DNA from: an uncultured Alphaproteobacteria bacterium
GTDB lineage: Bacteria; Pseudomonadota; Alphaproteobacteria; Rhizobiales; Xanthobacteraceae
Direction: 5' to 3'
NCBI GenBank assembly: GCA_963695615.1
Contig: CAVOHH010000004.1
Span: forward strand, 553,883 to 617,882
Length of the DNA stretch: 64,000 bases
Part shown: positions 30,723 through 40,923 of the stretch, one piece after another
Numbering within the stretch: position 1 is the stretch's first letter
Layout: each line of letters begins with the position of its first letter
Program-made: the position numbers and the translations under genes
Notes under the pieces: generated by a model
Told to the model about the DNA's origin: nothing
What the model saw: the letters and a program-made list of their open reading frames with translations, nothing else
The model's database searches: none

Positions 30723-32955
30723 ATGACTTTCACCAAGTTCGACCTCGACGTCGACGGCGACGGCATCGCGCTCATCACCTGGGACGCGCCGGGCTCGCAC
30801 GATGAACCTCATCGACATGACGATGATCGCCGAGCTCTCGGCGATCGTCGAACAGCTGGCCGCCGATGCCGAGGTCAAAGGCGCGATCATCACCTCGGGC
30901 AAGGACACGTTTTGCGTCGGTGCCGATCTCACCATGCTGGAAGGCTTAAGCCGCACCTTCAAGGACCTGGTGGCGTCGCAGGGCGAGGAGGCGGCGAATA
31001 CGCGGCTGTTCGACGAGAGCCGCAAACTCTCGCAGCTCTATCGCCGTATCGAAACCTGCGGCAAGCCGTTTGTCGCCGCGATCAACGGCACCGCGCTCGG
31101 CGGCGGCTTTGAGCTGGCGCTTGCGTGCCATCGTCGCATCGCCGCCGACAATGCCAAGACGCGTATCGGGCAGCCAGAGATCAAGGTCGGCCTGTTCCCC
31201 GGCGCCGGCGGCACGCAACGCATCGCGCGGATCTTGGCGCCGGCCGACGCGCTGCAGCTCTTGCTCAAGGGCGACCAGTTGCGGCTCGATCGCGCCAAGG
31301 CGCTGAAACTTATCGATGCCGTGGTGCCGCCGGGCGATCTCATCAAAGCGGCCAAGGACTGGATCAAATCGGGTGGCAGCGCCAAAGCGCCACTCGACAA
31401 AGCGCCATGGGATGTCGACGGCTTCAAGCTGCCGGGCGGGCCGGTCTATTCCAAGGCGGGCCTGAACACTTTCCCGCCGGCAAACGCCATCTATCGGCGC
31501 GAGACTTTCGACAATTATCCGGCCGCGCACGCCATCATGCAGGTCGTCTATGAAGGGCTGCAGTTGCCGATGGATGCGGCCCTGCGCGTCGAGTCGCGCT
31601 GGTTCGCAAAAATCCTGCGCTCGCCGGAAGCCGCCGCCATGATCCGCTCGCTGTTTGTTTCGATGCAGGATCTCAATCGCGGCGTGCGCCGCCCGGCCAA
31701 TGTGCCGGCAACGGTGTTGAAGAAGATCGGCGTGCTCGGCTCAGGCTTCATGGGCGCCGGCATCGCCTATGTCTCGGCGCTGGCCGGGCTCGACGTCGTG
31801 CTCGTCGATCGCGATCCGGAAACCGCCGAAAAAGGCAAGGCGCATGCGGAACAGCTGATGACCGGTCAGGTCAATCGCGGCGCCGCCACTGCTGCCGACC
31901 GCGACCTCGTTCTGTCGCGCATCAAGCCCACAGCGGATTTCGTCGAACTGAAAGACTGCGAGCTGGTCGTCGAGGCCGTGTTCGAAGACCGCAAGGTCAA
32001 GGAAGAGGTGATTTCGCGGACGCAAAATGTCATCGGCGACAAGGCGATCTTCGGCTCGAATACCTCGACGCTGCCGATCACGTCGCTTGCGGCCGCGTTC
32101 AAGGACCACGCCCGCTTCATCGGCATCCACTTTTTCTCGCCGGTCGAGCGCATGATGCTGGTCGAGATCATCATGGGCGAGGATACCGGCGATGAGGCAC
32201 TGGCCGTGGCGCTCGATTATGTGCGCGCCATTCGCAAGACGCCGATCGTCGTCAACGATTCACGCGGCTTCTACACGTCGCGCGTCGTCGGCACCTATCT
32301 GCGCGAGGGCCATCTGATGCTGATGGAAGGCCTGCCCGCGGCGCTGATCGAGAATGTCGGCCGCATCGCCGGCATGCCGGTCGGCCCGCTCGCACTCAAC
32401 GATGAGGTCGCGGTCGATCTGGCCTGGAAGATTCTCAAGGCGACGGAAGCCGATCTTGGGCCGAAACTGGTCGATCCGCGGCAAAAGGCATTGCTTGCGG
32501 ACATGGTCGAGAAGCGCGGCCGCCTGGGCCGCAAGAACGGCAAGGGCTTTTACGATTATCCGCAAAACGGGCCGAAGCGGCTATGGCCGGGGCTTGCCGA
32601 TTTGCAGCCGAAGCAGCTCGATCCCGACACCGTCAGTGTCGCAGGCCTCGGACGGCGGCTGCTGGCGATCCAGGCCTTGGAATCCGCCCGCTGCATCGAG
32701 GAAAAGGTCGTCACCGACGTGCGTGAAGCCGACGTCGGCTCCATTCTCGGCTTCGGCTTTGCGCCTTTTACCGGCGGCACCATTTCCTATATCGACGGTA
32801 TGGGGACCAAGGCCTTTGTCGATCTCTGCAACGATCTCACGCAATCCTGCGGCGAACGCTTCAAGCCGGGCGAGCTCTTGCTCGACATGGCGAAGACCGG
32901 CGACACGTTCTATCGCCGTTTCCCGCCGCTGCAGCGTAAAGCCGTCGCCTCGTGA
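30723..32955 (+). CDS. multifunctional enoyl-CoA hydratase / 3-hydroxyacyl-CoA dehydrogenase (FadB/FadJ type); one apparent frameshift near 30795
   Basis: MTFTKFDLDVDGDGIALITWDAPG at the start. Crotonase motif FCVGADL...AAINGTALGGGFELALAC. Rossmann motif IGVLGSGFMGAGIA. The 717-aa ORF from 30802 is otherwise intact. Confidence 0.85.
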
Positions 32956-33092
32956 GCCGGTCTAGAGGTTCCGCCCTGTTGCATCAGGCTTCGCCGCATT
33001 ACCTTAAGGCTGTCGCATAACCGCTTTTGGGCTGCATTGCTCTTCGCCGCACGCCGCGTGTAAGGTCGCGGCCGTTTTTCCCGGGACCCTGC

Positions 33093-34463
33093 ATGGCACG
33101 TGATCAAGTCGACCTGACGCCGCTCGAACGGCGCGACGATCTCGTGAATTGGATTGCCCAGGGCGTCAAACCCAAATCGCAATTCCATATCGGCACCGAG
33201 CACGAGAAATTCGTGTTCACGCTCGAGGGTCATCATCCGGTGCCCTATGAAGGCCAGCGCGGCATTCGCGCACTGCTTGAAGGCATGCAGCATCTGCTCG
33301 GCTGGCAGCCGATCATGGAAGGGCCGAACATTATCGGCCTGTTCGACGTCACCGGCGGCGGCGCGATCTCGCTCGAGCCCGGCGGCCAGTTCGAGCTGTC
33401 CGGCGCGCAAGTCAAAACCGTTCATCAGACGTCGAGCGAATTGATGGCGCATCTCGCGCAAGTGCGCGAAGTGGCGCAGCCGCTGCATATCGGATTTCTC
33501 GGGCTCGGCATGACGCCGGATTGGACGCGCGGCGAAATCCCGAAAATGCCCAAAGGCCGCTACAAGATCATGACCGCCTATATGCCGAAGGTCGGCACGC
33601 GCGGCCTCGACATGATGTATCGCACCTGCACGGTGCAGACCAATCTCGACTTTTCCTCGGAAGCCGACATGGTGAAGAAGCTGCGCGTGTCGATCGCGCT
33701 GCAGCCGGTGGCAACGGCTTTGTTCGCCAATTCGCCGTTCACCGAAGGCAAGCCCAACGGCTTTCTGTCGTACCGCTCGGAAATCTGGCGCGACACCGAC
33801 AATGCGCGCTCAGGCATGCTGCCCTGGGTGTTCGAGCCGGGCATGGGCTTTGAGCGCTGGGTCGATTATGCGCTCGACGTGCCGATGTATTTCGTCAAGC
33901 GCGGCGACGATTATATCGACGCGTCAGGCCAGTCGTTTCGCGATTTGCTGACCGGCAAGTTGCCCGCCCTGCCAGGGGAGCGCGCCACGCTGTCCGATTG
34001 GGCGAACCATTTGAGCACGACGTTCCCGGAGGTGCGGCTCAAGCGCTATCTCGAAATGCGCGGCGCCGATTCGGGTCCCTTGCCGAATTTATTGGCGCTC
34101 CCGGCGCTGTGGGTCGGTCTGCTTTATGACGAGACCTCGCTCGATGCGGCCTGGGATCTGGCTAAGACCTGGAGCGCGCAAGAACGGCAGAAGCTGCGCG
34201 ACGACGTGCCGAAGCAAGGACTCGCTGCGAAAATCCAAGGCCGCACTGTTTTCGAGATCGCAAGCGAGGTTCTTAAAGCTTCACGCGCGGGCTTGGCGCG
34301 GCGCAAGCATTTCGACTTAAGCGGCCAGGACGAGACGCATTATCTTGAAGTGCTGGACGACCGTATCGCGCGCGGCGTGACACCCGCGGAGGAGCTCTTG
34401 GCGAAATATCATGGCCCCTGGGGCGGTTCGGTCGAGCCGATCTATACCGAAGAGGCGTATTAG
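33093..34463 (+). CDS. gshA: glutamate--cysteine ligase, plant/alphaproteobacterial type (GCS2)
   Basis: Intact ORF trimmed to MARDQVDLTPLERRDDLVNWIAQG. It contains IGTEHEKF, GGQFELSGA, RYLEMRGAD and similar motifs. Confidence 0.85.
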   Translation: MARDQVDLTPLERRDDLVNWIAQGVKPKSQFHIGTEHEKFVFTLEGHHPVPYEGQRGIRALLEGMQHLLGWQPIMEGPNIIGLFDVTGGGAISLEPGGQFELSGAQVKTVHQTSSELMAHLAQVREVAQPLHIGFLGLGMTPDWTRGEIPKMPKGRYKIMTAYMPKVGTRGLDMMYRTCTVQTNLDFSSEADMVKKLRVSIALQPVATALFANSPFTEGKPNGFLSYRSEIWRDTDNARSGMLPWVFEPGMGFERWVDYALDVPMYFVKRGDDYIDASGQSFRDLLTGKLPALPGERATLSDWANHLSTTFPEVRLKRYLEMRGADSGPLPNLLALPALWVGLLYDETSLDAAWDLAKTWSAQERQKLRDDVPKQGLAAKIQGRTVFEIASEVLKASRAGLARRKHFDLSGQDETHYLEVLDDRIARGVTPAEELLAKYHGPWGGSVEPIYTEEAY

Positions 34464-34547
34464 TCTCCATCATCGCGGACCAACGAAATCAATTCCGCAG
34501 CAGTTTGACATCTAGCAGTCTGTAGCAGTCTGGAGCCTCATTCACGC

Positions 34548-36560
34548 ATGGCATCGCCCCTTCATGCTGTGCTCTGCGCGCTCTTGGCGGCGGGGTTTTA
34601 TTCGGCGCTTGGCTACGGCATCTCGCGTCATGTTCTGCCGCGCGGCGTTGCCGCGGGCGCCGCTCCGGTCATCGGCTGGGCGGTGTTCAGCGCGGCGACG
34701 CTGCCGATCCTGACGATCGTCGGCTTCACCGCACTGACGGTCACCGTGATCGGCGTGCTTTGTCTCCTCGGCAGTGCCGGCCTCTTCGCGATGCGGCGGC
34801 AGCAATCCGATACTGTATCCGATGCGGCGCCGGCGATACCGCCGTGGAGCACCGCCGCGGCCGCGATTCTCGCGCTTGGGCCGGCTTCAGCGCTCCTGCC
34901 CAAAATGACCGCGGACGGCGTGCAGTTCGCCGATCCGATTTTCGATCATGCCAAGATCGCGATCATCGACGCCATGGCGCGGCAGGGACTGCCGCCGGTC
35001 AATCCCGTTTTCGGCGCCTTCGGCGCGGCCGGCCGGCTGGCTTACTACTATCTCTGGCATTTCAGCGCGGCGGAGCTTTTGCTGCCGCTGCACGTCTCCG
35101 GCTGGGAAGCCGCGATCGGCCTCACCTGGTTTACGGCTTTCGCCTCGCTGACATTGATGATGAGCATCGCGGTGTGGCTCAGCCAACGGTCCGGCGCGGC
35201 AATCCTCGTTGTGCTCCTCGCCGCGGCGGCGTCGCTGCGCGTGACGCTGAGCTGGATTTTCGGCTCTTACGAACTGACGCCGTTCATGGAAAAGCCGACG
35301 GGCTTCGCCGGCTGGCTGTTTCAGGCGGCCTGGGTGCCGCAGCATCTGATGTCGGCATCGTGCGTGGTCGCAGCGATTGTGCTGCTCATCCACTACGCGC
35401 AGCGTCAAAGCCTCGCCGGGCTTTTGGTTCTGGTTCTGATCGTTGCCGCCGGCTTCGAAAGCTCGACCTATGTCGGTGGGGTGACGTTCGCAATCACCGC
35501 ACTGGTTTGCGCGCCGCTCCTGTTCGCCGGTGTCGCGCCCAAGGAGCGGCTGCGCTTCGCCGCGGGCCTATTTCTCGCAGCAGTATTAGCCGCGGGTCTT
35601 GCTGCGCCGTTTATCCGCGATCAACTTGCCAACGTCGCGGCGCGCGGCGTCGGTCCTCCGATCATTGTGATGCCTTTCGCGGTTCTCGGCGACATGGTGT
35701 CGCCGGCGCTACGCCGCGTGTTCGATTTGCCGGCCTATTGGCTCCTGCTGTTGCCGATCGAATTTCCGGCGACTTATGCCGCAGGCGCAATCGCGCTCAT
35801 CGCGATGCTGCGCCGCGCCGCGCCGGGGGTGGAGAAAACCGCCGTGATGGTGTTTGCGGCGCTGGCGCTGACGGGCTTCTGCGTTTCATGGCTCCTTGTC
35901 AGCACGGTCGCCGACAACAGCGATCTCACGCTCCGCGCGGTGCTGCCCGCCGCGATGATCCTGATCGCGGCCGCGGCCGCGGGAATTGTCATGGCGTCGC
36001 GCTGGCGCGGTTTGATCGCCGTGCTTGCGCTTTCCGGCCTTGTTCTCAGCCTTCCGGACACCGTGCGGATGCTTAAGTCGAATATCGAGGGCACGCCGCG
36101 GTCCGGCGCGGCGCTGTTTGCGCGATCGCCGGATCTGTGGGCCGCGGTGCGCCGCTACGCGCCGCTGAACGCGCGTGTCATCAACAATCCCGCTTACCTG
36201 CAAGACGTGACGCCGTGGCCGGTCAATATTTCCTGGGCGCTACTCGCCGATCGCAGCTCGTGCTTCGCCGGCCGTGAAATGGCGCTCGCCTTCGCGCCGC
36301 TGACGCCGGACCGCCGCGAAGCGATCAATGCGCAATTCATTCGCGTCTTCGCGGGAGCAGGGCACGGCGGACGATATCGCCGCCCTGGCGAAAGACTATG
36401 GCTGCGACGTCGCCGTCCTCGTGCCGCAGGACGGCGCTTGGACCAAGGATCCGTTCGCCTCAAGCCCGGATTATCGGCTCGCGGAATCTCGCGACGGGCG
36501 CTGGCGGATTTATGTGACGAGCGGCGGCGGCTGGGCGCTAAATCCCGGCGAACCAGTTGA
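34548..36560 (+). CDS. large polytopic inner-membrane protein of unknown function (~12-14 TM + C-terminal soluble domain); one apparent frameshift near 36355, stop uncertain
   Basis: There is a long run of hydrophobic segments across 34548-36060. The C-terminal ~130 aa are hydrophilic (continuing as EGTADDIAALAKDYGCDVAVLVPQDGAWTKDPF... in ORF 36328..). I do not recognise a family; it may be GT-C-like. Confidence 0.5.
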   Translation: MASPLHAVLCALLAAGFYSALGYGISRHVLPRGVAAGAAPVIGWAVFSAATLPILTIVGFTALTVTVIGVLCLLGSAGLFAMRRQQSDTVSDAAPAIPPWSTAAAAILALGPASALLPKMTADGVQFADPIFDHAKIAIIDAMARQGLPPVNPVFGAFGAAGRLAYYYLWHFSAAELLLPLHVSGWEAAIGLTWFTAFASLTLMMSIAVWLSQRSGAAILVVLLAAAASLRVTLSWIFGSYELTPFMEKPTGFAGWLFQAAWVPQHLMSASCVVAAIVLLIHYAQRQSLAGLLVLVLIVAAGFESSTYVGGVTFAITALVCAPLLFAGVAPKERLRFAAGLFLAAVLAAGLAAPFIRDQLANVAARGVGPPIIVMPFAVLGDMVSPALRRVFDLPAYWLLLLPIEFPATYAAGAIALIAMLRRAAPGVEKTAVMVFAALALTGFCVSWLLVSTVADNSDLTLRAVLPAAMILIAAAAAGIVMASRWRGLIAVLALSGLVLSLPDTVRMLKSNIEGTPRSGAALFARSPDLWAAVRRYAPLNARVINNPAYLQDVTPWPVNISWALLADRSSCFAGREMALAFAPLTPDRREAINAQFIRVFAGAGHGGRYRRPGERLWLRRRRPRAAGRRLDQGSVRLKPGLSARGISRRALADLCDERRRLGAKSRRTS

Positions 36561-37329
36561 AGCCCTGCTTGCTCCAGAACGTCTCGCGAAAATCGTTGGT
36601 GACCTCGATGGCCTTGATCCACTTCGCGTTCTTGTAGCCGAGCTTGGTCGAAGTGCGCAGCCGCAGCGGATAGCCGAACGGATCGGCCAAAACGTCGCCG
36701 GCATATTTGGTGGCGAGCAGCGTCTGCGGATGCAGCGCGGTCGGCATGTCGATGCTTTCGGTATAGTCGTCGTTGCAGATGAAATAGACGTATTTGGCCG
36801 TCATGTCGGCGCCGACGCGCTCGAAGAAGCTCTTCAGGTTTACGCCGGACCATTGGCCGATATAGTCCCAGCCTTCGACGCAGACGTGCCGGATGATGAT
36901 TTCCTGTTCCGGCAGCGCGTAGATCTGCTGTGCCGTCCAGGGCTGCTTGTTGGCGATGCGGCCGGCCAATTCGAGCTTCCAGGTCGCACCGTCGACCGGT
37001 TTGACGTCCTCGATATCGTAATAGGCGTTAAAGCGCGCCGGCTTGACCACCTGCGAGGGACTGAAGGTCGGCGCCAGATGGTCTGGGCGGAAGATCGTCT
37101 CCTGTACGCCGTCGTTCCAGGCCGATACGGCGCGCAGCATCTTCTGCACTGAATCGTTTTCGGTGACGTCGCAGCCGGTCAGCATGGTCAACGCGCCGAG
37201 ACTGACCGCGCCGCGCAGCAGGCCGCGGCGATTGATGTCCTCGACCAGCTTGCGGTTGTCGTTGAGCACGCTTTGGTCGATCGGCTTGCGAGGCCGAAAC
37301 AAGGATCGCGAACGAGTTTGGATCGACAT
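36538..37329 (-). CDS. molybdopterin-dependent oxidoreductase (sulfite-oxidase/YedY-MsrP fold), Tat-exported
   Basis: ORF trimmed to MSIQTRS at 37329. Twin-arginine signal NRRGLLRGAVSLGALTMLTGC. Also HVCVEGWDYIGQWSGV and LRLRTSTKLGYKNAKWIKAIEV. Confidence 0.75.
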   Translation of the reverse strand: MSIQTRSRSLFRPRKPIDQSVLNDNRKLVEDINRRGLLRGAVSLGALTMLTGCDVTENDSVQKMLRAVSAWNDGVQETIFRPDHLAPTFSPSQVVKPARFNAYYDIEDVKPVDGATWKLELAGRIANKQPWTAQQIYALPEQEIIIRHVCVEGWDYIGQWSGVNLKSFFERVGADMTAKYVYFICNDDYTESIDMPTALHPQTLLATKYAGDVLADPFGYPLRLRTSTKLGYKNAKWIKAIEVTNDFRETFWSKQGFNWFAGI

Positions 37330-37369
37330 TGTGCGCCCCGCGCAAAGTGGTGATCGGATAAGAAGCTTG

Positions 37370-38050
37370 TCAGTGCGTTGCTTTGATCTCGGATGCGCCT
37401 TCGGGCGTCCCGTCATCGACGGTAGGCCCGCCGGTCAGCATGGCGACGAGGCTTTGCGGCACCAGCAAAGCGAGCGACACATGGACCAGGATGAAGGCGA
37501 CGATCGCGGACATGCAGAGAAAGTGCACCAGCCGGATGGTCTGGAACGTGCCGAACAGAGCCGCGAGCTCGGAGAATTGCACCGGCTTCCACAGCGCCAG
37601 GCCGGAAATCACGATCGGATGCCGACCAGCATGACGCCGAGATAGAGGATCTTCTGCACCGGATTGTAATGCGTCAGGTCGTCATGGCTCAGGCGAAAGC
37701 GCAGCGCATCGCCGACGGTGACGAGAATCTCGCGGATCGAGATCGGAAACAGCTTGCGGCGGAAGCGGCCGGTCACGATGCCGTAGGTCAGATAAGCAAG
37801 CCCGTTGAGCACGAAAATCCACATGCCGAAGAAATGCCATTGCAGCCCATGCTGGGCCCATTTGCCGATCACGACGGCAGTCGGGAAAGTGCAGAAAGCC
37901 GAAGATCACGTCGTCGTTGTAGATCTTCCAGCCGCTGCCGATCATGATGAAAATCGCCAGCGCATTGATCCAATGCATGATGCGAAGCGGCAGCGGATGC
38001 AGCCGATGCGGCTTGGTGGGGGCGGCTGACGTGACGGTCGGCGTTGACAT
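37370..38050 (-). CDS. cytochrome b561-family (Ni/Fe-hydrogenase b-type cytochrome-like) membrane protein; 2 apparent frameshifts
   Basis: HPLPLRIMHWINALAIFIMIGSGWKIY (ORF 37682..38146, Met at 38050). WHFFGMWIFVLNGLAYLTYGIVTGRF (37609..37872). LVHFLCMSAIVAFILVHV (37370..37612). Confidence 0.7.
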
Positions 38051-38249
38051 TCGGGATTCCGCGATCATTGGCTGAACACAGAACTGTAATACCGGTATTG
38101 TATGAGCGTCCTTGATTCGGCGAACGTCGCGCGGCTTCGCGCACACGACTTATTGAGACGACTTTCGGACATTACGGTTGCAAAATGTTGCTCGCAACAA
38201 ACGTTGCTTCACAAATTCGCGTGGCGTTCTTGATCGGGAGATTCTTCGC

Positions 38250-38776
38250 ATGAAGTTGCAGTTGCGCGCGACGGCATTTTTCATCGGCGCCGCATCTCTC
38301 ACGGCTGTTTTCTTGGCCGCCGCGCACGCGACGACCGAGACTACGGACCGCGGCTTTGTGGTCGCGCAGGCCAACATCCCGCCCACCGGCATGGGCGACG
38401 AAGGACATGGCCATGGCGGCGGCCAATATGGCCGCGGAAGACCGCATGAAGCGGCGTTATCCACAGCCGATCCGCGTCGGCGCCCTGATCGGCGCGCGCG
38501 TCAGCGACAACGACAGCCGCACCATCGGCTTTGTCCGCCAGGTGGTGCGCACGCCGCAGGACAAGATCGATCGTCATTGTCGATTGCTGCGGCTGGTTCG
38601 GCTGGGGCGCACGGCCGGTGGCGGTCCCGATCGCGGTGCTTGGCGTCTTCGGGCGCGAGGTGGCGTCGCTCGACATGCCGCGCAGCGACTATGCCAGCGC
38701 GCCGACCTGGCAGGGCAATGGCGACACCGTGCTGCCGAACGACGATACCATTCGCATCGCGCTGGCGCGGCGTTGA
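38250..38776 (+). CDS. secreted PRC-barrel-like protein; 2 apparent frameshifts
   Basis: Signal peptide MKLQLRATAFFIGAASLTAVFLAAAHA followed by a His/Gly-rich stretch. Then IRVGALIGARVSDNDSRTIGFVRQVV...GARPVAVPIAVLGVFG across three frames. Confidence 0.5.
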
Positions 38777-38921
38777 TCGTATCGATCACGACTTGGTGAA
38801 GCGGATAACTTTTTAGTGTCTCGCGAATTGTGCCCTGTGAGACGGAAGTGATTGGCGCTTTGCTGGCCGCTTTGGCAAGCAGGGCGCTGCGTTGTTTTAT
38901 CGGTTGCATTGGGGGCACTGC

Positions 38922-39691
38922 ATGAATGGCGCGGATCGATTCAACTCCAGATCCGATTTGACGAAATCCGATTCGGCCGATTTCGTTTCCGCGTTTTGCG
39001 GCATTGCCTTCATGGCGAAAGCGTCGGCGCCCGGACGCGCCAAGACGCGGCTCGTGCCGCCGCTCACTTTCGACGAAGCCGCGAACCTCAACACCGCGTT
39101 TCTGCGCGACGTCGCCGACAACGTGCTGCTCGCCGCGCGCAACGCCGCTCCGCAGGCCGGGATTGCCGGTTACGCCGCCTATGGCCCGCCGGGCTCGGAG
39201 GAATTCTTCCACCGCACCTTGCCGCGATCGATCGGCCTGATCGGGGCGTGGCTGCCGAATTTCGGCGACTGCCTGTTTGCGACGATTTCGGAAATCTTTC
39301 GCTCGCGGCCATGGCGCCGCGGTCGTTCTCAATGCCGACAGTCCGACCTTGCCGACCGCGCTCCTGATCGAGACTGCGCAAGCGCTGGCGCGGCCGGGCG
39401 ACCGCGCCGTGCTCGGCCCATCGAGTGACGGCGGCTATTATCTGCTCGGACTCAAGGCCGCGCATCGCCGCATGTTCGATGACATCGACTGGAGCACCGA
39501 GCGCGTCGCCGAGCAGACCGCGCGAGCGCGCCCGCGAGATCGGTCTTGAGGTTCACACTCTGCCGGTCTGGTACGACGTCGACGACGTCGATGGCTTGCG
39601 CCGGCTGCACGCCGAGCTTTCCGGCGAGGATTTTGCCGGGCCGCGCTGGCGGCGCATTCGCCGCATTATGCCCATCAGACGGCAAAGCTGA
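38922..39691 (+). CDS. DUF2064-family (CofC/MobA-like nucleotidyltransferase fold) protein; about 2-3 apparent frameshifts, ends uncertain
   Basis: IAFMAKASAPGRAKTRLVPPLTFDEAANLNTAFLRDV (ORF 38892..). GAAVVLNADSPTLPTALL...LGPSSDGGYYLLGL...FDDIDWSTERV (39277..). LPVWYDVDDVDGLRRL (39425..39691). Confidence 0.65.
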
Positions 39692-39856
39692 TGGCCGATC
39701 TGTCGCGGGATCACGATTTCGGCAAGCCGCATCGAAAAAGTGCTGCAAGTCGCCGGCGCGCGCGCCTGAGCGGCGTGTAGCTCGAGACGCACGATCAAGA
39801 CGAACTTCAATTCAAGCGAAGATCAAAATTCACGCGACGACCTAAGGCGAGATAGA

Positions 39857-40921
39857 ATGCAAAGGGCGGCGACAAAGCGGGCGATCGACCCCAAACGCTA
39901 CTTCGAGAGCGTAGAAGCGGACAGCGAGGTTCCGGAGCGCGAGCCGGTTTGTCTTTATTTGGAGACGACCAACCGCTGCAATCTGTTGTGCACGACCTGC
40001 CCGCGCACCTACGAGGAGCTCGAACCGCCGGCCGACATGAGCTGGGAGCTGTTCACCTCGATCGTCGATCAGATCCCGAAGCTTGAACGCGCCGTGCTGC
40101 ACGGCGTCGGCGAGCCGATGCTGGTGAAGCATCTGCCGCGCATGGTGCGTTATCTCAAAGATCGCGGCACTTATGTCCTGTTCAACACCAACGGCACGGT
40201 GCTCAACGAGAAGAACGGCCGCGCGCTGATCGAGGCCGATTTGGATGAGCTGCGGGTCTCGTTCGATGCGGCGACCCCGGAATCTTATCGCGTCATTCGC
40301 GGCAAGAATTATTTCAATCGCATCCTGAAAAACGTCAAAGCCTTCCGCGAGATGCAAGAGCGCGAGGGCCATGCCAAGCCGCGGGTTTCGGCCTGGCTCA
40401 CCGGTTTGCGCGAGACCATCGAGGAATTGCCGGATTTCGTCCGCGTCGCGGCCGAGACCGGCGTCAAGGAAGTGCATTTGCAGCGGCTGGTGTTCTTCAA
40501 GGACGACGCCATCGGCATGGCGCGGCCGGACCAGGCGCTCTACGAGCAGCTGTCCGGCGAGGAAGCGGTCTATATCGATCGCGCCACAGCGCTGGCGCAA
40601 TCGCTCGGCATCACGTTCAGCGCTTCGGGCGGCGCGTCCGAGCCTGGCGTCAGCCTCAAGCGCAACGATAATGGTTCACCGTGGTCGATGTGCCGCCGGC
40701 CGTGGACGGTGATGTATTTCACCGCCAATGGCCGCGCGCTGCCGTGCTGCATCGCGCCGTTTTCGCAGCGCGGTTACGAGAACTACACGCTCGGCGACGC
40801 CACCCAGCAGACGCTGCGCGACATCTGGACCGGCCCCGCCTATGCGAGTTTCCGCAAGGCGCTGATGTCGAACACGCCGCCGCAGGCCTGCGCGAGCTGC
40901 GGATTGCGGTGGAGCCTCTAA
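39857..40921 (+). CDS. radical SAM enzyme with C-terminal Cys-rich (SPASM/twitch-like) domain
   Basis: Intact 354-aa ORF. LETTNRCNLLCTTCPR is a CX3CX2C motif. GEPML is the SAM-binding GGE-like motif. The C-terminus reads CRRPWTVMYFTANGRALPCCIAPF...PPQACASCGLRW. Confidence 0.85.
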   Translation: MQRAATKRAIDPKRYFESVEADSEVPEREPVCLYLETTNRCNLLCTTCPRTYEELEPPADMSWELFTSIVDQIPKLERAVLHGVGEPMLVKHLPRMVRYLKDRGTYVLFNTNGTVLNEKNGRALIEADLDELRVSFDAATPESYRVIRGKNYFNRILKNVKAFREMQEREGHAKPRVSAWLTGLRETIEELPDFVRVAAETGVKEVHLQRLVFFKDDAIGMARPDQALYEQLSGEEAVYIDRATALAQSLGITFSASGGASEPGVSLKRNDNGSPWSMCRRPWTVMYFTANGRALPCCIAPFSQRGYENYTLGDATQQTLRDIWTGPAYASFRKALMSNTPPQACASCGLRWSL

Positions 40922-40923
40922 AA

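Noticed and set aside
34513-34532. Shared core TCTGTAGC(A/G)GT between the tandem repeat at 34513-34532 and the one at 57556-57583, as a common regulator motif.
   Set aside because: The repeat periods differ (10 versus 14 nt) and the match is only about 8-10 nt. It is probably coincidence.
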